Shown: positions 9,685-19,156, counted from the first letter of the stretch. The stretch is 64,000 nucleotides of DNA from Dehalococcoidia bacterium (GCA_041653995.1 JBAZEK010000001.1:1030613-1094612); one strand, 5' to 3'. Notes: a model not told the origin generated them from the sequence alone. Translations and numbers: made by a program.

Positions 9685-10050
9685 ATGGTAATATATTCAG
9701 GGAGTAATCATTTGGCTGAATTGAAATTGGACCGGGTCACGCTGTATGAGTTTCATGCTCAGTTCTGCAAGACGCTGGCTGACGCCAATCGTTTGCTGAT
9801 CATCGCAGAACTTGTCGGTGGAGAGAAGTCTGTGACCGATCTGGCGCACAATCTGGGCCTCGGTCAGTCCAATGTGTCGAAGCACCTGGCGCTGATGAGG
9901 GAGCGCGGACTGGTGGAAACCAGGCGTGACGGCGCGTCCATCTACTACTCACTGTCGGACCCCAGAATCTTTAAGGCTATTGAACTGCTGGTGCAGGTTC
10001 AAACCGAACAGGTTGCCAGAAGGCATAGCCTTGCGCAGCACAGCCGCTGA
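9685..10050 (+). CDS. ArsR/SmtB-family transcriptional regulator
   Basis: 'FCKTLADANRLLIIAELVGGEKSVTDLAHNLGLGQSNVSKHLALMRERGLV' winged-HTH signature. Confidence 0.85.
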   Translation: MVIYSGSNHLAELKLDRVTLYEFHAQFCKTLADANRLLIIAELVGGEKSVTDLAHNLGLGQSNVSKHLALMRERGLVETRRDGASIYYSLSDPRIFKAIELLVQVQTEQVARRHSLAQHSR

Positions 10051-10116
10051 CGCCGTACGGCGTAGTATCAGCTATGAACGTTGGATTTTAATCAAAAGTT
10101 AAGGAGGCTATTCGAA

Positions 10117-10596
10117 ATGGATAACCAGGCAGACGGGGTGACCATAATAGTAATGAGTGGCGACATGGATAAGATAATAGCTGCGTTCAATATCTCCATT
10201 GGCGCCGCAGCTCTGGGCAAAGAAGCTAATATGTTTTTCACATTCTGGGGCATCAAGGCCATTCAGAAGGGCAACCTGACCGGAGACAGTTTCTTCGGCA
10301 AGATGATGGGGCTTCTGAACCGCGGCGGCATTGATCGCATCGGCCCCTCCCGCTTCAACTTCTGGGGCATGGGGAAATGGATGTTCAACCAGATGATGAA
10401 AATGCATAAGATCACACCCATAGCCGAGCTGCGTCAAACCGCCATCGACCTGGGAGTCAAGCTTCTACCCTGCCAGATGAGTATGGAAGTAATGGAAATC
10501 AAAAAAGAGGATCTCATCGACGAGGCCCAGCCTGCCTGCGGTGTGGCCACCATGCTGGAAATGGCCTACCGCTCCAAGGCGACCCTCTTTATTTAA
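10117..10596 (+). CDS. DsrE/DsrF-like family protein
   Basis: ATG 10117 preceded by AAGGAGG. 'VTIIVMSGDMDKIIAAFNISIGAAALG...FFTFWG' resembles DsrE-family (DrsE_2) proteins. Sits beside TusA. Confidence 0.6.
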   Translation: MDNQADGVTIIVMSGDMDKIIAAFNISIGAAALGKEANMFFTFWGIKAIQKGNLTGDSFFGKMMGLLNRGGIDRIGPSRFNFWGMGKWMFNQMMKMHKITPIAELRQTAIDLGVKLLPCQMSMEVMEIKKEDLIDEAQPACGVATMLEMAYRSKATLFI

Positions 10597-10606
10597 GGAG
10601 CATATT

Positions 10607-11059
10607 ATGTCAGTAGAAAATGAAGTAGTAATGACGCTTAACCTGGAAGGTCTCCTCTGTCCCATCCCGGTAGTTAAAGTCAGCAAAGCAATGCAGGACC
10701 TTCCCGTCGGGGGCGTGCTGGAAGCGACGGCCACCGACCCGGGCGTGCTTGCCGACATCCCCGCCTGGGCGCGCACCACCGGCAACGAGGTCATCAAGAT
10801 CGAACGAGAAGGCAAGCTGGTCAAATTTCAGATCCGAAGATTGAAATATTATACCCGCCATGATCGATCTATCGTTGGCTGTTCTCCTGGTCTCGTTGGC
10901 CGTTGCCCTGGCAGGCGTGGCGGTATGGATTTACCAGCTCTTCTCCAGGCCGAGCGCGTGCGATCCATCGCCCGGCAAGGGTTCGGACAAGCTGGGAGTA
11001 CTGTATGCCTTTACACTTGGCATGCTGCCGTGGAAGAAGGAAAGCGCCGGCCTGCATAA
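10607..11059 (+). CDS. TusA/SirA-family sulfur carrier (domain in first ~80 aa; ORF lacks a nearby stop)
   Basis: 'LNLEGLLCPIPVVKVSKAM' CPxP motif with AAGGAG upstream. The frame continues 200 nt into the next gene with a Gly/Arg-rich tail. Confidence 0.65.
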   Translation: MSVENEVVMTLNLEGLLCPIPVVKVSKAMQDLPVGGVLEATATDPGVLADIPAWARTTGNEVIKIEREGKLVKFQIRRLKYYTRHDRSIVGCSPGLVGRCPGRRGGMDLPALLQAERVRSIARQGFGQAGSTVCLYTWHAAVEEGKRRPA

Positions 11060-11504
11060 AATAGTCTATCTAAGGGGTATCTGCTTTCACATCGGCATTT
11101 TCGCCGGTATAGTGGCGCTAATACTTAGTATCTTCGGCATAGCGGCCGGCAGCACGTTGAACCTGGTGCTGAGCATACTGATGTGGATCGGCGCCGTTGC
11201 AGGCGTTACAGCAATAATATCACGCGCAACCGAAGCCAACCTGAGGGGGATCAGCCGCCCCGACGATTACATCTCGCCCGCGTTGATCACGCTCTTTATG
11301 TCCATGGGCGCGCTGCACGCCATGAACCTCGTCGATACCGTGTATTTTTATGCTGCCGCCAGCGTGCTGTGCCTTTACCTCCCCTGGAGCAAGGTCCGGC
11401 ACTGCGTTTACTTCTTCTTCATGCGCGGTAAGATCGGCGCGATGATGGGCCATCGAGGTCTGCTGGGCACGACGCAACGACAGACGAGGAAAGGAACACC
11501 ATGA
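10860..11504 (+). CDS. NarI/HdrE/DsrM-like polytopic membrane protein
   Basis: 214 aa with 5-6 TM helices. Position immediately before an HdrD/DsrK-like gene, with a 4-nt ATGA overlap at 11501. Confidence 0.5.
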   Translation: MIDLSLAVLLVSLAVALAGVAVWIYQLFSRPSACDPSPGKGSDKLGVLYAFTLGMLPWKKESAGLHKIVYLRGICFHIGIFAGIVALILSIFGIAAGSTLNLVLSILMWIGAVAGVTAIISRATEANLRGISRPDDYISPALITLFMSMGALHAMNLVDTVYFYAAASVLCLYLPWSKVRHCVYFFFMRGKIGAMMGHRGLLGTTQRQTRKGTP

Positions 11505-12790
11505 GCGACAACGACACAGCCACATTAACACCGGCGAATCCGGCATCTACGGACGCCGATATGCTTGATAAGCAGCTGACCAGAGAGGTTGAAGCTGCGC
11601 TGGGCGGCTGCGTACGCTGCGGCCTCTGCGCCGAGTCCTGCCATTACTACTCCGCCCAGCCTCAACTTCAGAATATGCCCGTCTACCGGGGTGAGGCCGT
11701 GAGAAAATTTTTCCGCCAGGCCGGCAGCCGGGCGAAGGGATTATTTCATCGGCCTGCAAAGGCGAAAACCGATGTATCGTCCCTTGACACGCTGGCGGAT
11801 ATGGCCTTCGGCAAGTGCACCCTTTGCCGCCGCTGCACGGTGAACTGCCCTGTGGGAGTGGATACGGCGGCGCTCATGCGTACCGCACGCGCCATCGCCA
11901 CGGCCTCCGGCAAAGCGCCGGAGATACTGGTCCAGCTCGCCGATGCGGCCATCAGCCGCGGGGAGAACATGGAGCTCTTTCGCGATATGTTGCTGGACCG
12001 TTTCAAAGAGCTTGAGGTCGAGACACGCAACAAGATCAATGATCCCGCTTTTTCGATTCCCGTGGGTAAAAAAGGCGCCGATATGCTGTTCGTAGGCCTC
12101 TCGGGCGAGCACAGCATAGTGCCCCCCGCCATATTGTTTCATTACGCCGGGGCAAACTGGACACTCAGCCTGTTTGAGGCGTCCAATTATGGCTCATTCC
12201 TGGGCGACAGCGAGAGATCGAAAAAAATAGCTCAACGCATAATCGACGAAGCCGGAGACCTTGGTGTGAAAGAGGTTGTGATCGGCGAGTGCGGCCACGC
12301 ATATACGGTGCTGCGCTGGGAGGCGCCCAAGTGGTTCAAAAAAGCGCTGCCGTTTCGTGTCAGGAGCCTGATAGAGGTGCTGGCCGAGTGGATACAGAGC
12401 GGGCGGCTGATCCTCAATCCCGAGGCCAATCCCGATCCTGTCACATATCATGATTCCTGCAACCTGGGCCGCAACGGCGGCCTTCTGGAGGAGCCACGCG
12501 TTGTGCTGCGCGCTGCAGTCAAGGATTTCCGCGAGATGTACCCCAACAGGGAGGAAAGCTATTGCTGCGGAGGAGGCAGCGGCATGGTGGCCGTTTCCGA
12601 ATGGGAAGAACGGCGCATGCTGGCGGGCTTGCCTAAAGCCAGGCAGATCAAGGCCACCGGCGCTAAAATCGTTGTCGCTTCCTGCGACAACTGCCGTATC
12701 CAGCTTGGCGAGCTCAACGAGCGCTACAACCTGGGCATCAAAGTGACCGGCCTGGCCGACCTGGTTGTGAACGCCGTCGTCAAAAAATAG
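11501..12790 (+). CDS. HdrD/DsrK-like (Fe-S)-binding oxidoreductase with CCG domains
   Basis: Two ferredoxin-type motifs (CVRCGLCAESC, CTLCRRCTVNCP) and cysteine-rich CCG-type motifs (HDSCNLGR, YCCGGGSG, SCDNC). Confidence 0.75.
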   Translation: MSDNDTATLTPANPASTDADMLDKQLTREVEAALGGCVRCGLCAESCHYYSAQPQLQNMPVYRGEAVRKFFRQAGSRAKGLFHRPAKAKTDVSSLDTLADMAFGKCTLCRRCTVNCPVGVDTAALMRTARAIATASGKAPEILVQLADAAISRGENMELFRDMLLDRFKELEVETRNKINDPAFSIPVGKKGADMLFVGLSGEHSIVPPAILFHYAGANWTLSLFEASNYGSFLGDSERSKKIAQRIIDEAGDLGVKEVVIGECGHAYTVLRWEAPKWFKKALPFRVRSLIEVLAEWIQSGRLILNPEANPDPVTYHDSCNLGRNGGLLEEPRVVLRAAVKDFREMYPNREESYCCGGGSGMVAVSEWEERRMLAGLPKARQIKATGAKIVVASCDNCRIQLGELNERYNLGIKVTGLADLVVNAVVKK

Positions 12791-12834
12791 TTCCAGTGGG
12801 CCTTTTCTCTCCCTGCATTGCCGGCGCTTATTAG

Positions 12835-12920
12835 TCATTGCGAGGAACGTAGTGACGAAGCAATCCTGTACGTGATTGCGTATACACAAGATTGCCACGC
12901 TTCGCTCGCAATGACGAGGA
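12835..12920. repeat. REP-like palindromic intergenic element, copy 1
   Basis: 'tcattgcgaggaacgtagtgacgaagcaatc...gattgccacgcttcgctcgcaatga'. Terminal inverted repeat cattgcgag/ctcgcaatg and inner gcaatc/gattgc. Translates as the FARNDE-type pseudo-ORF. Confidence 0.7.
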
Positions 12921-12988
12921 GAGAAACGCTGGCAACGACGTCTCGGCAAATACACCTCTTAACAGCGCCGTATGTTATCATTTGAGAC

Positions 12989-13720
12989 GTGGAATCCATT
13001 CCCCTCCTCAAGTACCTTGTGGAAGCCGGAATCGGCGCCAGGCGCCAGGTAGTAGCCGCCATCAAGATCGGCCGCGTATCAGTCAACGGGAAGCAGGCCG
13101 AGAGCTATACCATGCCGGTCTATCCGCAGGCGGACAGGATCACCTTCGACGGTAAACCCGTCGCGTTCCACAGCCGTGCCAGAATCGTCCTTATGCTGCA
13201 CAAACCGCTGAACCTGCTGACTACCACTAGCGACGACCGCGGCAGGCAGACTGTGCTCGATATCCTCCCAGCCGAGTACCGCGGACTGGGCCTGTATCCT
13301 GTGGGAAGACTGGACCACGATACCACCGGGCTGCTACTTCTGACCAATGACGGCAACCTTACCTACCGCCTGACGCATCCCCGCTTCGAGCTGGGCAAGG
13401 AATACTTTGTGCACATAGAAGGTACGCTGAGCCGGCAGGAAAAAGAGCTGCTGGAAAAAGGCGTGATGCTGGACGACGGCATCACAGCGCCCGCCGGAGT
13501 GAAGGAGATCGGCTACGAGCCGCCCTACAATTACAGCATCACCATCCACGAAGGGCGCAACCGCCAGGTCAGGCGCATGTTCGCCCATCTCGGATATACC
13601 GTCAAATCCTTAAAACGTGTCAGGATGGGGAATCTCCGGCTGGGCGACCTGGCTGAAGGAAGCTTCAGAAGACTCTCTGCACAGGAGATCGCATCGGCCC
13701 TGCGCCAGCACAAACAATAG
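12989..13720 (+). CDS. pseudouridine synthase, RsuA/RluB family
   Basis: N-terminal S4 domain and catalytic 'GRLDHDTTGLLLLTNDG'. GTG start. Confidence 0.85.
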   Translation: MESIPLLKYLVEAGIGARRQVVAAIKIGRVSVNGKQAESYTMPVYPQADRITFDGKPVAFHSRARIVLMLHKPLNLLTTTSDDRGRQTVLDILPAEYRGLGLYPVGRLDHDTTGLLLLTNDGNLTYRLTHPRFELGKEYFVHIEGTLSRQEKELLEKGVMLDDGITAPAGVKEIGYEPPYNYSITIHEGRNRQVRRMFAHLGYTVKSLKRVRMGNLRLGDLAEGSFRRLSAQEIASALRQHKQ

Positions 13721-13837
13721 CACGCTCGAGTTCATAATCATTGACGGGTAAGTCAATGATGTGCAGCCGTTGCCCTGTTGGTGTACAATATGCAGGGTTT
13801 TGCTCGCAACTAATTAAAATAAGGAGTGTGATTCAAT

Positions 13838-14779
13838 ATGGGTGACAGGCTAAAGGGCAAGGTAGCAATCGTTACGGGTTCCGGACGCGGCATCGGCCGT
13901 GCCGAGGCCATGGCGCTGGCCGCTGAGGGCGCCAAGGTTGTTGTCAACGACCTCGGCGCAGCTTCAGACGGCTCCGGCAAATCGGCCAGCCCGGCGGAGG
14001 AAGTCTGCCAGGAGATCAAGAAGCTGGGCGGCGAGGCCGTACCCAATTTTGATTCTGTGGCCACCTGGGCCGGCGGCGAGAATATCGTAAAGACCGCTAT
14101 CGATAAATTCGGCCGCATCGACATCCTGGTCAATAACGCGGGCATCCTGCGCGACCGCATGCTCTTCAACATGAGCGAGGACGAGTGGGATATTATTCTC
14201 AAAATACATCTATATGGCCATTTTTACTGTGCCAGGGCTGCTTCTCCCTATATGCGCCAGCAGCGCTGGGGGCGCATCATCAACACCTCATCCATCGCCG
14301 GCCTGGGCAATATGGGCCAGACCAACTACAGCGCAGCCAAAGAGGGCATCGTCGGATTCACCCGCTCGGCGGCTCTGGATCTGGGCAAATACGGCATAAC
14401 CTGCAATGCCATCCGTCCCAATGCAGCCACGCGCATGACGGTTACACCCGAGCTCAAGGCCGCCTGGGAGAAGAGGGCCGCAGCGGCGGGCATCACCGAT
14501 AAGGCGCAGTTCGAGGCCATGATCAGCCAGATGTTCGCCTCCAAACCTGAGAATATCGCCCCTGTAGTGGTTTTCCTCTGCACGGACGAGGCTGCCAACA
14601 TCAACGGCAGGACCCTCTTTATCAACCTCAACCAGGTCGGCCTGTATTCAGAGCCTGCCCTGATCAAGGAGATCAATAAGGCCGAAGGCTTCTGGTCTGT
14701 TGATGAACTGGTCAAAGAGATCCCGGGCAAGCTGACCGGCGACCTGGTGAATCCGGCGCCGCCTCAGCCGGCCAAATAA
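13838..14779 (+). CDS. short-chain dehydrogenase/reductase (SDR)
   Basis: 'GKVAIVTGSGRGIGRA' Rossmann motif, 'NNAG', and 'YSAAKEG' catalytic YxxxK. Confidence 0.85.
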   Translation: MGDRLKGKVAIVTGSGRGIGRAEAMALAAEGAKVVVNDLGAASDGSGKSASPAEEVCQEIKKLGGEAVPNFDSVATWAGGENIVKTAIDKFGRIDILVNNAGILRDRMLFNMSEDEWDIILKIHLYGHFYCARAASPYMRQQRWGRIINTSSIAGLGNMGQTNYSAAKEGIVGFTRSAALDLGKYGITCNAIRPNAATRMTVTPELKAAWEKRAAAAGITDKAQFEAMISQMFASKPENIAPVVVFLCTDEAANINGRTLFINLNQVGLYSEPALIKEINKAEGFWSVDELVKEIPGKLTGDLVNPAPPQPAK

Positions 14780-14878
14780 ACCGCTCAAACAGATAAGCTA
14801 AACAGAAGGGCATCACCCTAAAAGATGCCCTTCTGTTATAATCTCCTTTAACAAGCGCCGGCAGGCTTCAATCAGAGG

Positions 14879-16351
14879 TTGAAAATGACTGATTTCATCG
14901 TGCAGGACAGCCGACGTCAGCTCTGGATCGTCATAAGCGTGGCATTTGCAGCGTTTATGGCGGCGCTGGATACCTATATTGTCAACGTGGCCCTGCCCAC
15001 CATAGCGTCGGATTTCAATGCCAGCCCCACCGATGCGGCGCTCATCACGCTTTCATATCTGCTGGTCATCACCAGCACCCTGCTTATCTTCGGTAAGATC
15101 GGGGAGAGGACAGGCTTCAAAGTCGTGTTTGTCGCCGGATTCGCCCTGTTCGCCGTCGGCTCTTTCCTGAGTGGACTGGCTCCCACGCTGTACCTGCTCT
15201 CAGGCGCGCGCTGCATACAGGGATTTGGCGCCGCCATGCTTTACGCCGTGGGGATGGCCATGATAATCAGGTACATACCGCCGGGCAAGCGCGGCTGGGC
15301 TTTCGGCATCACCTCGACCGGGGCCGGTATGGGCGTGATTATAGGCGCGCCCATGGGCGGCTTTATCACGCAGTACCTGGACTGGCACTGGATATTCTGG
15401 TTCAACGTGCCGGTCGGTATCGCCGCCGTCATCGTGGCGCTGAAGGTGATGCCCAACGACCGCGTCCGCCGCAAAAAGGGCGTCAAACTTCCCCCCTTCG
15501 ATATCGCCGGCGCCCTGATGAGCTTTTTCGCGCTGGCGCTCCTTGTGGGAGCTATAAACCGGGGCCAGCAGTTCGGCTGGGACCACTGGGGCATCTGGGG
15601 CTCATTCACTCTCTCCGCCATACTTTTCATAGCGTTCGTACTGTGGGAGAAGAGGTGCCGCGATCCCCTGCTCGACATGTCCCTTTTCAAGTTCGCCAGC
15701 TTCGGCTTCGGATCGTTCGCCGCACTGGCCGCATGGAGTATGTACTCCGGAGGCAACTTCCTCTTCCCCTTCTACCTGACCATGATCCAGGGCCTTTCAT
15801 CCAGCATGATCGGCTCCATCTTCCTTATCAGCTCCGTTGTATATATCGCCACCAGCCTTTACATGGGACGGCTGTCCGACCGGATCGGCAGGCGGGTGCT
15901 ATGCTGCGCCGGCATGATCTCGGCCTGCGCGGCGCTGATTTTCCTGGCGCTGACGATGGGCCTGCCCTCCCTCATTCCCATGATGGTTTATCTGGCATGG
16001 GTCGGCGTATCCATGGGCACATTCGTCTCACCCAATAACAGCCTTATGCTCGGATCCATACCGACAGATAACCAGGGCGAAGCGTCGGCGGCGTCCAGGG
16101 CCATGCAAAACCTGGGCATGGTGCTGGGCGTGGCTATCTTTGAGACCGTGTTCTCGGCCTTCATACCATCCGCCGACCTGGGCTCCGAGCAGGCCGTTGC
16201 AGGTGTGCCCACAAACGTGCTTGTGATGGGCTTCAGCGCCGCATGTTTCGTGGGCGCCGCCATGTGCGTTTTATCCCTCATCCTATCCTGGCTGGCCAAA
16301 GAAGACAGTGCGGCTGCAACGGGCGAAAAGCCCGGGCCCATAGCGATTTAG
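14879..16351 (+). CDS. MFS transporter, DHA2 (EmrB/QacA-like, ~14 TMS)
   Basis: 490 aa. 'LDTYIVNVALPTIASDF' and 'GKIGERTGFK' motifs are typical of DHA2. Start is TTG 14879 or ATG 14885. Confidence 0.8.
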   Translation: MKMTDFIVQDSRRQLWIVISVAFAAFMAALDTYIVNVALPTIASDFNASPTDAALITLSYLLVITSTLLIFGKIGERTGFKVVFVAGFALFAVGSFLSGLAPTLYLLSGARCIQGFGAAMLYAVGMAMIIRYIPPGKRGWAFGITSTGAGMGVIIGAPMGGFITQYLDWHWIFWFNVPVGIAAVIVALKVMPNDRVRRKKGVKLPPFDIAGALMSFFALALLVGAINRGQQFGWDHWGIWGSFTLSAILFIAFVLWEKRCRDPLLDMSLFKFASFGFGSFAALAAWSMYSGGNFLFPFYLTMIQGLSSSMIGSIFLISSVVYIATSLYMGRLSDRIGRRVLCCAGMISACAALIFLALTMGLPSLIPMMVYLAWVGVSMGTFVSPNNSLMLGSIPTDNQGEASAASRAMQNLGMVLGVAIFETVFSAFIPSADLGSEQAVAGVPTNVLVMGFSAACFVGAAMCVLSLILSWLAKEDSAAATGEKPGPIAI

Positions 16352-16378
16352 CGTACCTTTATACAGAGGTTACTTTCG

Positions 16379-16873
16379 ATGCAGGGCTATGAGATAAGAC
16401 GGGTACGGGAGGCGGACCGCAGCACCGTGGTGAGCATCTTCAACTACTTCGTTGAGAACAGCTTCGCTGCCTACCCCGATAAAAAAGTGGGGCCGGAGAT
16501 CTTCGACCTGCTTAAAAATATGAGCAGGGCGGGGGTTTTTTATGTGGCGGAAACGGCAGACAAAGAGGTGATAGGCTTCGCCCTGCTGAGACATCACCAG
16601 GTTGCAGAGGCGTTCAAGCGTGCCGGCGAGATCACCTATTTCATTCTGCCCGGGCACGAACGCAGGGGCCTGGGCTCCCGCTTTATGGAGACCATTATTA
16701 TTGATGCCAGGGCTGCAGGTGTGGAAACGCTACTGGCCAATATATCATCGCTCAACGAGGTGAGCCTAAATTTCCACCTCAAGCACGGATTCAAAGAGTG
16801 CGGAAGCTTCCAGCGCATCGGGCAGAAGTTCGGCCGGGATTTCGACGTCGTCTGGATGCAGAAATTCCTGTAG
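16379..16873 (+). CDS. GNAT-family N-acetyltransferase
   Basis: 164 aa with 'HERRGLGSRFME' acetyl-CoA binding-type motif. Overall resembles phosphinothricin-acetyltransferase-like GNATs. Confidence 0.75.
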   Translation: MQGYEIRRVREADRSTVVSIFNYFVENSFAAYPDKKVGPEIFDLLKNMSRAGVFYVAETADKEVIGFALLRHHQVAEAFKRAGEITYFILPGHERRGLGSRFMETIIIDARAAGVETLLANISSLNEVSLNFHLKHGFKECGSFQRIGQKFGRDFDVVWMQKFL

Positions 16874-16886
16874 GCCGGCGCACGCG

Positions 16887-16972
16887 TCATTACGAGGAAC
16901 GCAGTGACGAAGCAATCTTGTGCCGTCATGCGCGTGAACAGGATTGCCGCGCCCTCCGGGCTCGCAATGACC
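16887..16972. repeat. REP-like palindromic intergenic element, copy 2
   Basis: 'tcattacgaggaacgcagtgacgaagcaatc...gattgccgcgccctccgggctcgcaatga'. The left half differs from copy 1 at only 2-3 positions. Lies between convergent genes. Confidence 0.7.
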
Positions 16973-16990
16973 AATGATGATTAATACTTA

Positions 16991-18259
16991 CTACTTCGAG
17001 CGGAAATCGAAAGGCCCGATTTTAAATTCGTACTGATCTGAGTCCGGCGCCGGTATCCAATCCTGGCCGTCGCCCTGGTCGAACTCATAGTACCCCGGCA
17101 GCCTGTCGGGCCATTCAGCCAGCTCAACCGGCACCGAGAGCTGCTGATCCCCTCTCTGTATAGACAGTGTGACTTTATCCCCCGGCTTCTTGCCGTTGAA
17201 ATAAGAAAGGATATCGTTCACTTTAGCTACAGGTGTATCATCAACCGCCAGGATAATGTCGCCACCCGCCGCAGGCTCGTTTTGTTTATTCCTGCCGCTC
17301 TCCACCAACCCGGCCCTGTCCGCAGGGCTGCCGGTTATAACGCCGACGATGTACACGCCCTTCGTCGCCTTGAGATCCAGCTTGTCCTCCAGGTCTCGGC
17401 TGACGGGCATGCCCTCGATGCCGAGCCAGGGGGCCCTGATGGTGCTGCCCTTGATCAGCTCAGGCAGTACTTTTTTAGCGGTATTGATAGGTACGGCAAA
17501 TCCCACCCCGTTGGCTGTGGCCTCTATAGCAGTATTGATACCGACTACTTCGCCTTTCGAATTGAGCAGCGGGCCGCCGGAATTGCCGGGATTGATTGCG
17601 GCGTCCGTCTGTATGATATCCGTTATATTGCGGCTGTTGGAATTTGGTATGGACCTGCCCGTGCCGCTGATGATGCCGATGGTGATAGAGCCCTGCAGAC
17701 CGTAGGGCGAACCAAGGGCCAACGCCATCTGGCCGGGTTTGACCTCGCTGGAATCTGCCATCACCAGGTATGTCAGGTTCGGCACTTTGGAAGCATCCAC
17801 CTGCAGCAGGGCTACATCGTTATTGAGGTCTGCTCCGATGACCTTTCCCTGGAGCTCGCTGCCGTCGCTGAGCACGATCTTGACGGTGGAAGCCCTGTCC
17901 ACCACGTGGTTATTGGTGAGAATATGGCCTTCCGTATCGATGATGAAGCCCGATCCCTGCCCCCTCATATTGGGTATATCCAGGCCGAAGGGGCCGAGCA
18001 ATTTAGAGGCGATCGTTGTCTCGGATTCCACCTGCACCACGGCCGGTATGCACTTTTCATACAGCGAAACAACCGTGTCTTCATCGTAGAGCGGCGTCAC
18101 CTGCACCGTCGCCGATGAGGAGGGAAGGTTGATGGACTTCTGCTCCGTGGAAACGGATCCCGCGCTGCAGCCGGTAAGCAGGAGCGCAGCAATTAAAAGG
18201 GCAGCGGCCGGCGTTCCGATCATGCTGCGCCGTCCACTGCAAATTTTTAATAAAGACAT
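16991..18259 (-). CDS. HtrA/DegP-type trypsin-like serine protease with PDZ domain
   Basis: 'GSGFIIDTEGHILTNNHVV', 'DVALLQV' and 'GNSGGPL' catalytic triad motifs, a C-terminal PDZ, and a lipoprotein-type signal. Confidence 0.9.
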   Translation of the reverse strand: MSLLKICSGRRSMIGTPAAALLIAALLLTGCSAGSVSTEQKSINLPSSSATVQVTPLYDEDTVVSLYEKCIPAVVQVESETTIASKLLGPFGLDIPNMRGQGSGFIIDTEGHILTNNHVVDRASTVKIVLSDGSELQGKVIGADLNNDVALLQVDASKVPNLTYLVMADSSEVKPGQMALALGSPYGLQGSITIGIISGTGRSIPNSNSRNITDIIQTDAAINPGNSGGPLLNSKGEVVGINTAIEATANGVGFAVPINTAKKVLPELIKGSTIRAPWLGIEGMPVSRDLEDKLDLKATKGVYIVGVITGSPADRAGLVESGRNKQNEPAAGGDIILAVDDTPVAKVNDILSYFNGKKPGDKVTLSIQRGDQQLSVPVELAEWPDRLPGYYEFDQGDGQDWIPAPDSDQYEFKIGPFDFRSK

Positions 18260-18294
18260 TTATAACCTCCCGGTATTCGATATCCGTAGTGAGA

Positions 18295-19104
18295 TCAAAG
18301 GTTCTGCGGCCCGAAGAATATCTCGTAGTAGTACATGTTGCCCGCCTCCGGCTCCGTGATACGCTCAACGCGGCCCTGCTCGAGGTCGACCAGCGCCAGC
18401 CAGGTTTTCCCATCGAGCTGCACCGATACGATGGCCTGTGCCGCGGCGGGCGTAACTTTCAGAATGGAGCCTCCGATAACGGACATATTGGAGACGGAGG
18501 AAAAAATAGGGAAGACCCTGTCCACACTTCCACCCCTGTCCATGACACTTTTCATCCTCTCATCCGCAGCGGCGATTTTTATCGCGCCTTCACGCTCATC
18601 CTGGGCCAGCTCCGGCATAAAAAGCCCCTCGTAGCGCCGTGCGCTTACCACCGTTTTGACGTTTATATCCACATCGGCTTCGATTAAATCCCCCATACAT
18701 CGCCCGCAGATGACGCTGGCCATACCGTCCCTCACATCCACGCGCATTATGATGATCTCCCCCGTGCCGTTGAGGCGCTGCTGTATGCCGGGATCCCTTT
18801 TGACCACGTCCGCAGCGACAACCGAGGGCGAGGGGGCGGCCAGATAAAAGGCCAGCGATAGCACGGCGGCCACAACGAAGATGGCCAGGCCGCTGGCGGC
18901 GGCCATCCTCCAGGACGGCGCGCGCAGCCAGTTCAGCCAGCCCTTAAAGATGTTCCCCGGCGATTCCAGGCTTCCGCCCGCTGCCAGAGCTTTCGCATAG
19001 GCACCCTGCAGCAGCACCTTTCGCAGGCTGCTTTTGTGTCCCGCTACCATCAGGTCGGGCAGATCAGTGCTTTCCAGCATCCTGATAAGCGCTTCTTTTT
19101 TCAT
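18295..19104 (-). CDS. single-pass membrane protein, putative anti-sigma factor
   Basis: 269 aa with one TM helix ('MAAASGLAIFVVAAVLSLAFYLA'), immediately downstream of the ECF sigma gene. Function is inferred from position only. Confidence 0.4.
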   Translation of the reverse strand: MKKEALIRMLESTDLPDLMVAGHKSSLRKVLLQGAYAKALAAGGSLESPGNIFKGWLNWLRAPSWRMAAASGLAIFVVAAVLSLAFYLAAPSPSVVAADVVKRDPGIQQRLNGTGEIIIMRVDVRDGMASVICGRCMGDLIEADVDINVKTVVSARRYEGLFMPELAQDEREGAIKIAAADERMKSVMDRGGSVDRVFPIFSSVSNMSVIGGSILKVTPAAAQAIVSVQLDGKTWLALVDLEQGRVERITEPEAGNMYYYEIFFGPQNL

Positions 19105-19156
19105 AATCCTATGCTTCCGTCCAATAATATAATGTGTTTTAACATAAAAAGTTGCA

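Noticed and set aside
12194-12955. 253-aa minus-strand ORF antisense to the HdrD-like gene and running into the REP element.
   Set aside because: The sense strand has Fe-S and CCG motifs. The antisense ORF's N-terminus is the translated palindromic repeat.
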